A stretch of DNA of 64,000 nt, from positions 74,214,001-74,278,000 of the forward strand of contig OZ286472.1 in NCBI GenBank assembly GCA_965644265.1, in the 5' to 3' direction. The stretch comes from Glycera tridactyla (Eukaryota). The notes under the pieces are model-generated. The model made no database searches, had not been told where the DNA came from, and worked only from the letters and a program-made list of their open reading frames with translations. How positions within the stretch are numbered: position 1 is the first letter of the stretch; every line of letters begins with the position of its first letter. A program made the position numbers and the translations under genes. Positions 26,001 to 39,504 of the stretch are shown here, in pieces.

Positions 26001-29000
26001 TCCAGTGGCTGTCACTGCACTTTCCTCCATCGAACAGAATTGGGTGTAGAAGTCGACGGCCATGTTGGTTGCGAAATCGGGGAATAGAGTTGCCCGTCAA
26101 TCTGCTGATCGTGGATGTTCATCTTTGGCTAAAAATAGAAAAAGATGGAGATGGAAAAACTGCATACACCAGGACTCTGCATTAACTTCTTTCTTGAGCT
26201 GTGGTTTGAGCAGGTGAAGTGACATTTTCACCTGCCCTCCCTGTCATTTCCACCTGCCCTTTGCATATAATCATAGACCAAATAATGGTTAGGTACCTGC
26301 CCATCAGGCAGGCTGACTTATAAAATCACCTGCTATGAAAACAAATCTGCCTGCCTGTGCCAGTAGGGCAACCCTTAGCATAGAGCTCTGTATAGAGTGA
26401 AATATGAGAAGATAGACCCCCCTAAATGTCACCAAATTGTGGTCGCTCGAAAGAGGTGGTCACTCGTTGGAGGTATATTTGACTATGTCAGATAAGAAAG
26501 CTGCCCTGAAAAAGTTGTCTCCCATCAGAGGGGCTCTTTTGTTAGGGGTCTTGTCGCAGGTTTCACTGTATTGACAGCTTATTCATCATATGACCAGCCA
26601 TGAAATACAATCAAACTTGTTTTGAGGAACAACTTCAGTCACACCAAAAAGTGGCATTTGTAGGCAGATGGCCTTTGCATCTTATTTAGGGTAGAAGACT
26701 AAAATGGTTACCGGTCAAGGTGGCATTTGTAAGCCTGAGGTTCCTGTATGGGGCAGTTTCTCGAGCAGGTTCAACTGTACTACAAATGCTCAAATTAAAC
26801 CAGTCAAAAGACAAGAGGAAATTTCTGACAATGAATCATATATAGGCACATCAATGCAGTGTCCATGTGTCATTTATAAATTTGCCTAATGAATTACAAA
26901 TGAAAAGTGAAAAGCCTATCTTCAAAATGGGAGAAAAGTGTGGAACAGTACAAGATCCGATATGGCCGACATGTCAAACTATTGTCCAATTCAAATGACA
27001 AAAGAAAAAATATGGCTTGAGAAATCACAATGAAATTCATATAACAAGAAAATTTCCATGAAATTACATCTTAATTTCAATCAAATGAGATAACCCCACT
27101 TTCAAGTGGCCCGTAATCAAATATGAGAAATATAAGAAAAGTCTAAACTGTAATGAGTGTGGCATACAGCCAGCTTTGGGGCACCAACATTTCTTCGTGA
27201 CAAAGCACATTTTCTCAGAGGACCACATATGCTTGAAATATGGACAAATATATCACTCAACCTACAAATAATGCCCTCCGAACAAAACATCAATAAACAC
27301 AGAGGAACAAATTATTTACAAGTCAATTACCTGCATTCTGTGAGAAAATCCTCAGGAGGAACTAAAGGCAAATTTAAAATTAATTACCTGAAGTGGGGAC
27401 CACTGTGTCTTGGTAAAAGACAGGTGACAAAATGGCTGCCAGGTGTGGTTGGATCAGCACTGCTGTGCCACCTGGGGGGTGGGGTGGGAAAGCTGAGCTC
27501 TGATTGGCTGCTCGCTGAAGTGGGGTGACAAGGCAGCACCTGTGACCTGATTTCTGATCCTCTCCTATTTAACCCCTGCCCCCTACCCCTCTCCACCCCA
27601 CCTCACTCTAAAGTAAGAAAACGGACCAGAGAAGTGGGTGGGGGTAATATTGTGTGTCTCTGAGAGTGAAATCAACACTGGCCCCTTCTAGCTGAAAGTG
27701 AGAGAACTCTAATTCCAGCCAGAGAATCTTATTTCACTGTCCAACAGGGTTGGTTAACATTTCTGAAATTTACACATTTGCTGCGTGTTGCACAGAATAT
27801 ATAATACAAACTTTGTGAAGATTGGCAGTTGAAGTCTGGATTCCCTAATTTCTTTCACTTGGCCAAATTTTGCAAATGATTAGTAAGTACAGTTGAACCT
27901 GTCTATGTAGACCTCCTTGGGTTACATTAAAAAGTGGCCTTTGTAGACAGGTGTCCTTAGTAGAGAGGCTGGTAGCTTCATAAAATATGAATAGGTCACC
28001 TATTGGGGGTTTTCATGAGCAGATCCAACAGTAATGGGCATGCAAAGTGAAACCTGTGGTGGGAGACTGTTCACATCGTGGTCTCTCAAAAATGGTGGTC
28101 TATCACTGGAAGGTAAAATTGACAATTCTAAGTGAAATAGATGCTCTGACAGGACCAACACGAATAACACAGTATGAATGATCCCTCATCGAAGGTTTAT
28201 TGTAAAACATATCCATTATCCACAAAGATCACCGTTGGTTGCATCAAAAAGTGGTCCTCATAGAGAAGTTATTGATAATAGAGAATACTATGACCGTATC
28301 CACTGGGGTTGGTCTGGTATGCGGGTGATCTTCATATTGAAATATGGTCTCTTCTTTCAGGGCTCTCTGCTAAAGGCTGCCTCACTGGCACAGGCAAACA
28401 AATTTGTTGTTAGAGCAGGTGAATTCATTAGTCTGCCTGCCCGATGGGCAGGTAACTAACCATTATATAGTATCTGACTTGAAAATGATAGAGAGGGCAG
28501 GTGGAACCTCTACTGGCTCAACACTGGCATTGTGATTAGGGCATTGTTGTTTCTGAAGAATAAATGATGATAGTGAAACCTGTAACCAGAGACTGCCCTG
28601 GGCCAGGGCTCTACGTTGGCCAAATTATTCAGGAGCCAGCTGGCTCCTAAACTTAGTGGTCGATGAAAGTGAGAATGGGTATTTGCTCAAAGGGCAAGTA
28701 TACCCAAGAGGTACTTGCCCGAATCTCACATGCACTTGCCCGGATATCAAGGGGTGAAATATTACAAAGTGAACATTCAGTTTGAGGCCTAATATACCAT
28801 ATTGTATTATCCCAACATATCAAATCAGCATATATTGTGCTCTATTCACCACATTATAGTTCAATTTGGTTTGCTGGAGTCATGAAATGGGCCCCACCTG
28901 CCGGCTCATCCTAAATACACCTTGTTTACAAGCTTGCCCGTAGGCATGGGTTTGGTCGAACACTGAAACTTAAATATTTGGAAGCAAGTGCAAAATTTTG

Positions 29001-31586
29001 GTAGCCAGTCGATATATTGCCAATAACAACCTCTCAAAATTTATGGGGTGACAGGCTCCTAACTTTTTAGATATGGCAGCTAGAGGGTAAATTTGGTAGC
29101 CATTGGCTACCCACATGTAGCAATGTAGAACCCTGGCCCTAAATGTCACCAAAAAGCAGTCTCTCGAAAGAGGTCGTCTCTCTCCAGTTGTATATTTGAC
29201 TATGTCGAAAAGGAGCTGTTCTTAAAGTAGTCTCCTGTCACAGTTGGTCTCTTGTCAGGAGGTATCTCGTCACAGGTTTCACTGTAAATTGAAAATTGAC
29301 CATTATGGCCAACTGCGTCCCTCAACTCAAATATTCAGGATTTAAATAGATACTTTCATTATTATCTTTCTCTGAGAACTCAGCAAGAAAGGTCAATTGA
29401 CAATTGTGAAATTCAAAACTGATGAGTACACTTCTCAAGATAGTTTGTCATTTCTCCTCTGATTCAATTTTCAATGGTACCTCGCTTGTGTAAAAAAGTA
29501 GTTTTATGTAGAGGTGGCCTTTGGATACAGGTTGTTAACTTTGGGAAAAATTACTTTGGTCATGCAGTGTGCTACCTAAACTTCTTTTTTCAACTGGTGG
29601 AGTTTTCACCAATTCTCCCTATCATTTTCACCTGCTATCCTGCACATAATTATACTCTGAAAAATGGCCCATCGGAGAGGCTGATAAAATCATCTGCCCT
29701 GAGAACAATCCTGCCTGCTTGTGCCAGTTAATGTCGAACCCTGTCATGACCCAGGGTGGTCTTTGTAGGTAGTTGGCCTTTGTATAAGTGTGGTCTCTCA
29801 AAAACCTCCAACTGTGCTGGCTTCTGGGAATGTCTTCCAATCATCGAAACAGATTACATAAGCACGCCACAGGTTCCTGGGAGTGATATTCAGTGACTTA
29901 TTGTGAACCATAGCTCCAACTTACTCACATTCCTCAGCCTATTGGGGGACATCATCATGCGACCAACCTGACTCATGCAGCAGCACAGAGAATCAGCAAC
30001 ATTTATGAGTGCAAAAGTGTAGTAGTGATGCTGCCTATAAACAGTCCCAACTCTGCCGCCCAGCATCGGTGGGACTGTCTCAGAGAGTCTAGATCTCAGT
30101 TGGGCATGTTCATTTCACAGGCACCAAATGCCAGATTTATCCAGGTCGGATTCATTCAACCGTGTCTAGTGGAATCACCAAATTGTGCCGTGAACCACAT
30201 GGACCCCCCCCCCCCCCACACACACACACTACAAAATGTTCTAGCCTGTCTTTCAGCAAGGTGTAGTGGAATTTTCACCTGCCCTCCAGCCTATAATCAT
30301 GAACTAAATAATGGTAAGGTGACTGCCAATTGGGCAGGCCGACCGATATATCACCTGCCCATATCAACAAATCTGCCCGTTTGTACCGGTAGGGCAGCCA
30401 TTAGCATAGAGCCCTGGATCTTAAATAAATGAGCTCTTAGGAGAAAATGATCTCCTGCACAGGTCTCAGATCTGATCAGAATTACTGGATATAATATTAC
30501 CCATGAGGGGAGACCAACCTAAATGATGTGGAATGAATGGTCTCTCATCGGAGGTTGTCAAACCTGTCCACACAGATCTCTCTTGATGCAGGAAAAAGTG
30601 GTCTTTTTAGTGAGGCTGGAGTGGGTGGTTTTGAAGGCTCGATACTAAGGACAAACTCCCTTACTGGGACAAACAGGCAAGATGAACTGTAAGGGCAGGT
30701 AATTTGATCTATGTACCTGCCAAATGGGCAGGTCCATTTCCAGGACAAGAAGACATCAGGCAAAAAACCTGCCCACCTGCCCTGCTTATATAAGCAACTC
30801 ATTTATGATGAATTTCTACCTGCGCATCAGAAAAATCTACCTGCCCTGGGCAGGTGGGTGGCTATCTCTTCTTACCCTGATTTCCCCTAATTCAGCCTTT
30901 GATATTTGGGCCGAGGGCAGGTAAAAATTCTATTCTACCTGCCAAAGATCAATGGGAGTAAAAAGTTTATGTTGAGTCCTGGTCTCGTATGCAGATGGCC
31001 TTTGTATAGAGGTCGTCTCTCTAACAGGTTGGACTGTAGTCACTGCATACAGTGAGGTCAATGTATAGAGACCATCCTAAATGATACTAAACAGGTGGTC
31101 TCTCACTGAGCTGAGTTTGATGACTTCAATTGGTGAAATCAGGTACTGTGAAACTGGTCGTGAGGGAACCCCAACGAGCGTCCACCTCTTCTGAATGATG
31201 ACTTTTGCTAGCCAAAATACTAAATACTTCTTAAATGACCTCTGATGAGTAACCACCTCTCTAACATGACCAGCGTCCGGCCTAAATTGTAGCTATTACC
31301 TGCAACAAACTCAAGGCGAATCAGCTCATCAATACCCCCTATCATGGATCAACAGGCCCAGCTTTTTGGTTCCTCTCAAACACTGATAGAGTTGATGACC
31401 CACTATTCTGTGTAATGGTCCATTATATTTCTATGCTGGGAAAATCCTGAGGTCTAGTTATTCACAGTCCAGAAATGAAATGACTTTTAAATGGCTATCA
31501 CAAGAATTGGGAAAGACCACATTTCAATGGGAGTGGGATTAGCCTATGATGACAAGCTCAACTGCACATTCTTTTGAGGCACAGTA

Positions 31587-31737
31587 CAGTGAAACCTACA
31601 AGAGACCGCCCTGAATGCCACCAAAAAATGGTCTCTCATCAGAGGTGGTCTCTCATCGAGGTATATCTGACATGGAAAAGTGGTCTCTCGTCAGAGATGG
31701 TTTCTCTTCAGGGGGTGTCTCACCACAGGTTTTACTG
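31587..31737. mobile_element. Tc1/mariner(pogo)-like MITE
   Basis: TIRs CAGTGAAACCT / AGGTTTTACTG flanked by TA on both sides. Confidence 0.85.
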
Positions 31738-32962
31738 TAAAATGGCCCATAGAACCGGCATCAGTGTGCCCAAAATGGACACATCTATCTCCCCATGACA
31801 CAATATATATCCTGGAGAATGTTCACATCAAGCCCTGGAAGACGAGGGCAGATCCGACCCCTAACCTCAGATGGATATGTCCATTTCACCAGCACAAAAG
31901 TGCCAAATTTCATCTAGGTCATGTGCACTCAACCATGTCTAGAGGATCCACCAACTTGTGCCCATTCCACTGGTCACTGCCATAGAAAGACAGAGCCCCT
32001 CTCCCCTCCACTCCAACAAGGGAGGGAGGAGGTTGGTTTGACTCCTGTGTACTGGAATATGTTCTTATAACAATGTGGCCTGGTGTGGTGGGGAGGAGAA
32101 AGGTGGGTGGGGAGGAGAAAGGTGGGTGGGGAGTTGATAGACTCATGTACAAGTATGTCGAATCTGGTGCCCTATTTTCCCTCTCAAGTTGGGCAGAGGA
32201 TTAGCTATAATTTGGTGACTCACAGCACCAATTTCCCCCTGGAATGAAAAATTCCATAATCTAGAAATGCATTATGTTCTCATGTGAAAAATATAACATT
32301 GATCACGATTGACTATTAGAAATTTGATTGAGCTACTACCAGGTTGGCTGTCACTAGCCCAATAGACTTGTAAATAGCTTCAGGCTAACATCCGGCAATT
32401 GAGGTATAAGCCATAATGTGGACAAAAAACTGTTGATAAAAAAGTATCACCTATGGTGAAAACTGTGACGAGAGACCTCCTGCGACAGGAGACCACTATT
32501 GCAGGGCAGCTTTCCTATTTGACATAGTCAAATTTACTTCTAACAAGAGACCACCTCTTATGAGAAACTGCTTTTTGGTGACAATTAGGATGGTCTCTGG
32601 TCACAGGTTTCATTGTAAGATGACCATCTGACAACTGGGATACATAGCTACAAAGAAAACATAGCCAAAGATATTGGGGGGGGGGGGCATAAGAGGTGGT
32701 TTAGGGTACATGCATGGGGTTAGAACTTCTAACTGAAACAAACAATAGACGAGCTGTGTATTACCATAGAAGGCTCATATGACACAAACACAACCAGATA
32801 CAGTTAAATCTGCTCAAGAATCACTCTCTATAAAGACCACCTACCAATAAAGGCCACCAAGAGCTGCGACCGTGATAGTATTTTCAACAGTAAATGACCT
32901 CTCTATAAAGACCACCTGCCTATGAATGCCACTTTTTGATGCCACCAAAGGTAGTCTTTATA

Positions 32963-33123
32963 CAGTCAAACCTCCTCTAAAGAGCACCTTTCTGTAAAGG
33001 CCATTCTGAGCTGCAACAGTGGTAGTATTTTCAACAGTAATTGTCCTCTCTATAAAGACCACCTGCCTATTAAGGCCATTTATTGAAGCAACTGAAGGTG
33101 GTCTCTACAGACAGGTTTGACTG
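32963..33123. mobile_element. Tc1/mariner(pogo)-like MITE
   Basis: Perfect 11-bp TIRs CAGTCAAACCT / AGGTTTGACTG with TA on both sides. Confidence 0.85.
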
Positions 33124-34859
33124 TATATCTGATAAAATTCACCTGAATCCAATGATTCAAGATTCCTGAACCATAGAAGTCTTCTTATTTTCACTATGAC
33201 CTAAATTTGTCCTGTGGACATCTTTGAACCAAAGAGAGTTGAAGAATAACACTGGTCAGATATGAAATATTTCATGTTGACTTGCATCATTGCCACATTT
33301 TCAATTTTCTTTCATTCCCACATCTATTTGCAGTACAGTAAAACCTGCAAAGAGAGAACCCCTGAACACCCACAAGCCCAGGGCCGGTAGATTTTCAAGG
33401 TGGTCAGGTGGATTTCAAATTTACCTGCCCGGTGGACAGATATAACTGGGGCAGGCAGGCAGGCAGGCAGGCAGATTTGTGAGCTGCTTCTGTTTGAGAG
33501 GTGAGAGAAGTAGTTTTTCCATTGTTGTCACACAGTGATTAAAATGCATTTTGATGTATTGGAATTTCTACCCAGTGACATCCATGGGTGAAATTTGAAA
33601 GAAAACTGACATTTGCACTCATTTCTTGGAAAATTAAGGACTTATGATTTCAAGCATTTCTCCAGCCAGTACTTGGATTCAACTGGTTTTCAGGAACTCT
33701 GATAAATTGTTCAGCAGTTTTTAAGGCTCTTCGAATCACATATCATGGCGAAACCTACGACGAGACCCCCTGATGACAGACTGCTTCTACTGGGCAGCTT
33801 TCCTACTGTACATTCGAACCTGCTCGAGAGACCATCTCTCTACAAAGACCACCTGCCTGTAGAGGCCACCCTGCGCTGCAACCACGACAGTATTTTCAAC
33901 AGTAAATACCCTCTCTATAAAGACCACCTGTCTATTGAGGCCACCTTTTGGTACAACCAAAGGTGGTTTTCTAGACAGGTTCAACTGTATACCGTCAAAT
34001 ATGGTTCCTATGTGAGACCACCACTTTTAGGGAGTACAACGCACGCACTCAACTCGGCTCACGTATCTGTCACCATAGTAAAAACATCAACTTTCGATGC
34101 TCGGCGCTCGCTTATTTTAGCATGTATTTCGTATTTGAGGATACAAATATAAAGTTCAATTTCTCATCTTTCTGGATATGTGTGCAATTCTGAGATCCAA
34201 TCAGTAAGTGGAGGTCTCAGGTCATTTCTGACAACAACAGTGCGGCCATCTTGTCTCATCATGTAAACATGACTCCACCATTTTCCGCATTGTGACGCTG
34301 TTTTTATATGAATTGAAACGAAATCTGGCGTGCTTATAAAAAACTAAATTCCGCACAAATACGTTTTTATTTTGTGAAAATCGGATGATTCCTTCATAGG
34401 ATATTCCATGTCTGAATGTAGGCTAACTTTGAGAAGCTGTATCTCGGCTTTGGGTGGACATAGCATCGATTTGCAAAGATGGTTTGAAGCAGAAAAAGCT
34501 TCTCTAAACGATCATAAAACTGCCAAACGTGGTACTCCTAGCGCAAATCAGCGCAAGCTATAGTTTTGAAGCATGTTTTGGTGAGTAAATAGCATGCTCA
34601 CATCAGCGGCGCCGCTAATTTAGGGGTATGCAACCATGAAAGTTGGAGTGAGCAGCTAGTGAGCAAGCTGCTGATACTGACAGACATCCCCCTCCAACTC
34701 CCGATCTTGAAACTTCAATAACTCAGCGAATATTTGAGCAATTTGAATGAAAATAGCGTCAATTTCTAGCAAACTTTTCATACTTCATGATGATATAATT
34801 TTGTTATTGAGGTGGGTAGAAAATGAAAATATGTTGTTCTAGCTACCACTTTTGATGAC

Positions 34860-35100
34860 ATTCAGTGCAGTCTGTCATCATCTCAGAAAGCAGGGAATCA
34901 TGGTGACCCATGTTGCCGATTACACTGATTTCTGGTTAATCTGTAATGACGAAACTACTAGATTCAAAACGTGGCAAGTGTCTGCGATCCGCCAACCCCA
35001 ACCATCTATGTTCAAGGTACACTTTCGGTTTCGGTTGAATGCACGAGCCGAAGTCAACAATGGAACTCGGACAGGTGCGCGGAACTTTATCATGAGTTGG
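34860..35100 (+). pseudogene. Possible degenerate DIRS/Ngaro-type RT remnant
   Basis: AVCHHLRKQGIMVTHVADYTDFWLIC resembles the HLR.QGI.V..YLDD.LI motif of YR-retrotransposon RTs (compare HLQQKGITVSNYLDDIFI in the element at 63 kb). Confidence 0.3.
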
Positions 35101-36344
35101 AGGGGGGGGGGGGGTTAAGCCACCCCTTGCGAATCCGACAAACTAAAAAAAAACACACCTTATATTTACTGGAATGTCCTCGATTGTTTTTCAGTTTGAA
35201 GTTTTGAGTGCTGCGAGGCTTCTGAGAACAGTTCAGTTGTAGACTCACCTCTGCAGAGTTGATCAAATGCGGCCTGTCCAGTTCGTCACCTTCCCACTAG
35301 ATGGTGGTTACACTATCAGGTTCAGTGAACAAGAGCGCCAAGGCGGACATGGGAGAATGTGCTCATCTAATGTTACGTGAGCTTTTCTAAATACCACTAG
35401 CAATTTCAATCACCCAACCACAATGAAGATCAGTCGTTCATATGCCCACGGTGAATTTCATTTCGTTATGATATGCCCCTTTTTTCATGAAGAACACAGT
35501 CCATGATGGAGAAAGTTGCCATTAGCTGCAGAAACTTCCGAACAATCACCCGTAACAACCAACTAACTTATTTATTAACTGCAAAAAGGGGAGTTTGTAG
35601 GGTGCTGGCATTTTTTCCGTCGGGGACGGTACTATTTTCACTTTGGGATTCCCACTCAATCTAGACATTACTATTGTCCATTTTATGGAGTAATCCGCTA
35701 TAATTTGACTATGCACACATCTTCCATGGGCTACCATTTGTAAATGATCGCTATTAAATCATCAGAACTGAACCGAAACTGCTTGAAAAATGTGTGAAAT
35801 GTGTAAGAAACAGTAGATTTTGCGTGAAACATTGCTAAATTTGGATATCGTAGATTACTGACTGCGTGAGAACGTTTGAAACGAAAAATATATAATTAAA
35901 AGCGACTCACGGCAGATAAAGTGAGCGCCATTAGCGGAGAAAACCCTCCGTGACGTCATATCAGCTTATGCAAATGAGGTATCGATCTATCCCATAATAA
36001 TTTGCTATCCATGGCTGACGATTGCCAAACCGTATGCAAAAGAGCCAAGCACTACCATAGCCAATTGTCACCTGTCACTTTGCAGTCTCTGATTCCCGTA
36101 CTCGAAGCTCTGAGTAAGCAGCGAGAAACATCATCATCGCTAGTACTGGCCTACCGGCAAATATGTGCATTATGTCTCGCCTTGGTGATGAAATGAAGTC
36201 TTTCATATCCATCTGTGTATAACCCAGGTATAAATTATGTGAATCTATCATATACTCGCGAGAAACAGTGAACTATCGATCCTCCGAAAATGTTAGGAAA
36301 TATCCATGGCATCTAATCAGGATGGGGGTGAAACAACCAGGGAT

Positions 36345-36509
36345 GGGGGTGAAATGACCAACCATGTCCAAAGCACCTAACTGGGATGGGCGTTTCATCC
36401 CCACTGCCAGTTCAACCTCACTTCTGCCTGATCGTTTCTCTCCCATCAGCTGGTTGTTTCACCCCCAACCCAGTTAGGTGCTTTGGACATGGTTGGTCAT
36501 TTCACCCCC
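36345..36509. repeat. Perfect 41-bp inverted repeat (foldback element)
   Basis: gggggtgaaatgaccaaccatgtccaaagcacctaactggg (36345-36385) is the exact reverse complement of 36469-36509. Confidence 0.95.
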
Positions 36510-38549
36510 AAAGTCATGCATTTTTCTCTAGAAATTACCACCTCTCCACTTTGAATCGACGACCATTCTTCTTTTTGAAGATATTTCTTGTTTTGCCTAT
36601 GGTCTGATGAAGAGAAAGAAGACATAACATTAAAATCACACAGTGGTGCTGTATGTAAATCCATCCTGCCCGTCACCCCTTCAAAAACACCTAGATAGGG
36701 TCTCATATTGGCTGGTCTTCATTATCTGATGCCGCATATTTTCGTGATTGGTATCTTGATAATTCTCTCATGTGTGTGTCACTGTGTGTCTTGTTCTCTA
36801 GTCGTGTGGATTCTTTATTACTATGTACAGTTAGACTTGTCCTAAGCAAGACTTGTACTGAGCAAGAACAACAGGATTCTGTTCACCTATCAGAATATTT
36901 TCCACTATATTTCACCTTTAAAAAGCATGAACTTGCTCTGAGCACACACATTATTCACGTCCCGTGGCTTCATGTTTAGGACAAGTTTGACTGTAGTTGC
37001 CAATGTTACATGTATGTAATAAAGATTTTGAAAATTGAATTTGAAATTGTTGCCGATTATTGATGGGAGAAGGCCCCGTCTTTCACCTGCTGATACCCAC
37101 ACATCGGCCATCTTGTCCAATGATATAGCATAGATTAAGTACACTGTGGTAAGATGCCCAGCTTATGACTCGCATAGAGGCGGCAAGTGATATCACCCGG
37201 ATACTCCCTCCACCACCCCCAAGCGTGCCAGCTGGTCAGCAGCATGACAAGTGGCAGCAGTAGCATACACTATTTACCCTGTATCTAAACTCATAAACTG
37301 TCCAAACTTTGTAAAAGCTGTATGTGTCAGAACTCATATCCTTGATTACAGTGAAACCTGCTCGAGTGTTCTAAATTTCAAGAATGAGATGAAATGTTGA
37401 AATGCAGAACTTGCTGTAATCTGGATGCAAGATTCAGGACAGATATTTTTGTGAATATATGATATTACGGATTTATTGCGTGACAGTTTGGCTATTTTCT
37501 CATTTTCTATTGGAAACTATTTTTTCGAAATTCTTGATAATCAACCCTCACTGCATGACACCTTTTGATGTAGAAGAACTGAAAGATGATACAGTGGAAG
37601 CTGCGATGAAAGATCCCCTGACAAAGACCACCTGGCTGAAATATCTCAATACGAACTCTGTGCGCTGTATCCTCTAACTCTGGTCCGATTTTCATGATCT
37701 AAATGTCGAAATGACCAGTGCAACATTCTCTTTTCTGTCATGTATATGGCTTGCGGATAAAATCACGGAAATCTACGGCACAGTCACGTTAAAGTGTGAC
37801 GGGATTCACAGCAGATCCAGGAGTTGTTTCCTGGTATAAACTGGATGTATGGTATGAATGTCAGTCCGCATGATGGTTGGTTGGTTGGTTCTGGTAATTC
37901 GCGTCGGCGCCATGGGTGCTATATTGTGACACACATGCAAAGGGCATGGGTGGGATAATTCTAACTTGGTTTCCTGGTTCAGTTGGACTGGGAAAGAGTG
38001 CTAGGATAATTCAAGACTCCTCCTTCTGGGTCCCCAGTGGGTGGTGATGAGCAGCACTGAGGCTGACATCAAAGCAAGAAAGTGGATGGCAGTCTCTCGA
38101 ATCCCCAGGAGAGTGAATCAGAATTCCGGGGAGTGAAAATACCAAACTCACTCTCCCGATGGGAGAGTGTAATCTTTTTCAGTTGATGACAAAGTGATGG
38201 ATTCAGTGTGAAGAGAGAACACCACTATTTTGACTCAATCAATGAAGGAAACCTATTCCATAAAAATGACTCTGCATGTGTATGATTCTGAGGAACAAAC
38301 CTCAGCAAAACATGGGTTGTTGGCACTTGGATTGTGAATCACACGACAGAAAAGTTGGAATCTGCATCTTGATCAGGCAATTATTCACGCAGAAATCTTG
38401 CCCTCGAATTAATATAATTACAGTTGGTTTTGCTTTCGGAACCTACAGAAATTCGGGAGATTGGATTTACTTTCGGAAAAGTGATTCTGTCAATCTACCC
38501 TCCCAATGGGAGAGTGGCTGAAAACGTTTTTCGCGAAGACTGGGATTGC

Positions 38550-38875
38550 ATGAACATGCGACAAAATGGAAAACAATCTGGAAGTCAAATCTGAAAAAAA
38601 GACCTGAAGATCAGACTTCTAAGATCAACAGTTGAAGCTGTTCTCCTTTACGGCAGCAAAACATGGAGCTTGTGCAAGAAACAGATGAAAGAACTTGATA
38701 GTTGCTACACACATATGCTGAGAAAAGCACTCAATATCAGCTAGAGGGATCAACAGGAGGTTGAAGCTGGCAGGTCACAGTGTCAGCCACCCAGAAGAAG
38801 CTTCCTCCAACCTGGTATTATGGGTTCCCAGCAGGAGTAGCAGAGGCCACCCAACTGGCACCCTCACCTATACCA
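38550..38875 (+). mobile_element. RTE-clade LINE fragment (region C-terminal to the RT core), frameshifted
   Basis: Translates as IWKSNLKK[fs]DLKIRLLRSTVEAVLLYGSKTWSLCKKQMKELDSCYTHMLRKALNIS*RD and then, after a deletion, RRLKLAGHSVSHPEEASSNLVLWVP; typical RTE C-terminal motifs. Confidence 0.85.
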
Positions 38876-39248
38876 TCAGGAGGGATGGGATCATTCACTA
38901 CTCCTCCTTCTGGGTCCCCAATAGGTGAAATTCACGTGACTAAAATTTGGTTTATTTCACATCTGGGAATCAGGTACTATAATCTAGTGTGAGTGATGGA
39001 TCATAAGGAAGTTTGTCTTTGCAAAGTCGAAGTAGTTGACAGTTCATATACACCTTTATGCATCTCATACATGGTTGGTTTTGGTTAGACATCACGACAG
39101 CTCCATTTGTGCTATATTGAGACGCCCACGCAATGAGGATGGTTGGGACAGTCAAGACTCCTCCCAGGCCCTCAGTGGAATGTGAGTTTATGAAATCCAC
39201 CGAGACCATGACTAAAATCGGGTTCTTTTCACAGCTGGGAATCAGGTA

Positions 39249-39389
39249 CAGTCGAACCTGTTTATACAGGTCACCTTCCGTCGCATCAAGTGGACTTTAT
39301 AGGGGTCACTTACTGTTGAAAACACCATCACAGCCACAGCTCAGGGTAGCCTTTATAGAGAGAGGTGGTTTCTCGAGCATGTTCAACTG
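39249..39389. mobile_element. Tc1/mariner(pogo)-like MITE
   Basis: ta|CAGTCGAACCTG...CATGTTCAACTG|ta. Confidence 0.75.
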
Positions 39390-39504
39390 TACCGTCTTAT
39401 CTAGAGTTCATACACACCCCTATGCGACTCACATGAATCTGAAAGAATCCATCGATGGCAACAGGTCAGATGCCTGATAGCAAGGCTTTCACTTTAGGCA
39501 GAAT

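Larger units (their letters stand above)
26200..33990. mobile_element. Dense cluster of MITE fragments (pogo/Tc1-like gagacc-rich family and cacctgccc/gggcaggt-rich family)
   Basis: Many repeats of ggtggtctct...caggtttcactgta and of cacctgccc...ggcaggt in both orientations. Confidence 0.7.

Noticed and set aside
33745-34152. 135-aa ORF
   Set aside because: Reads through pogo-like MITE copies
35248-35370. Possible minus-strand exon ending GAG|gtgagt
   Set aside because: Stops in all frames; lies within a probable transposon remnant
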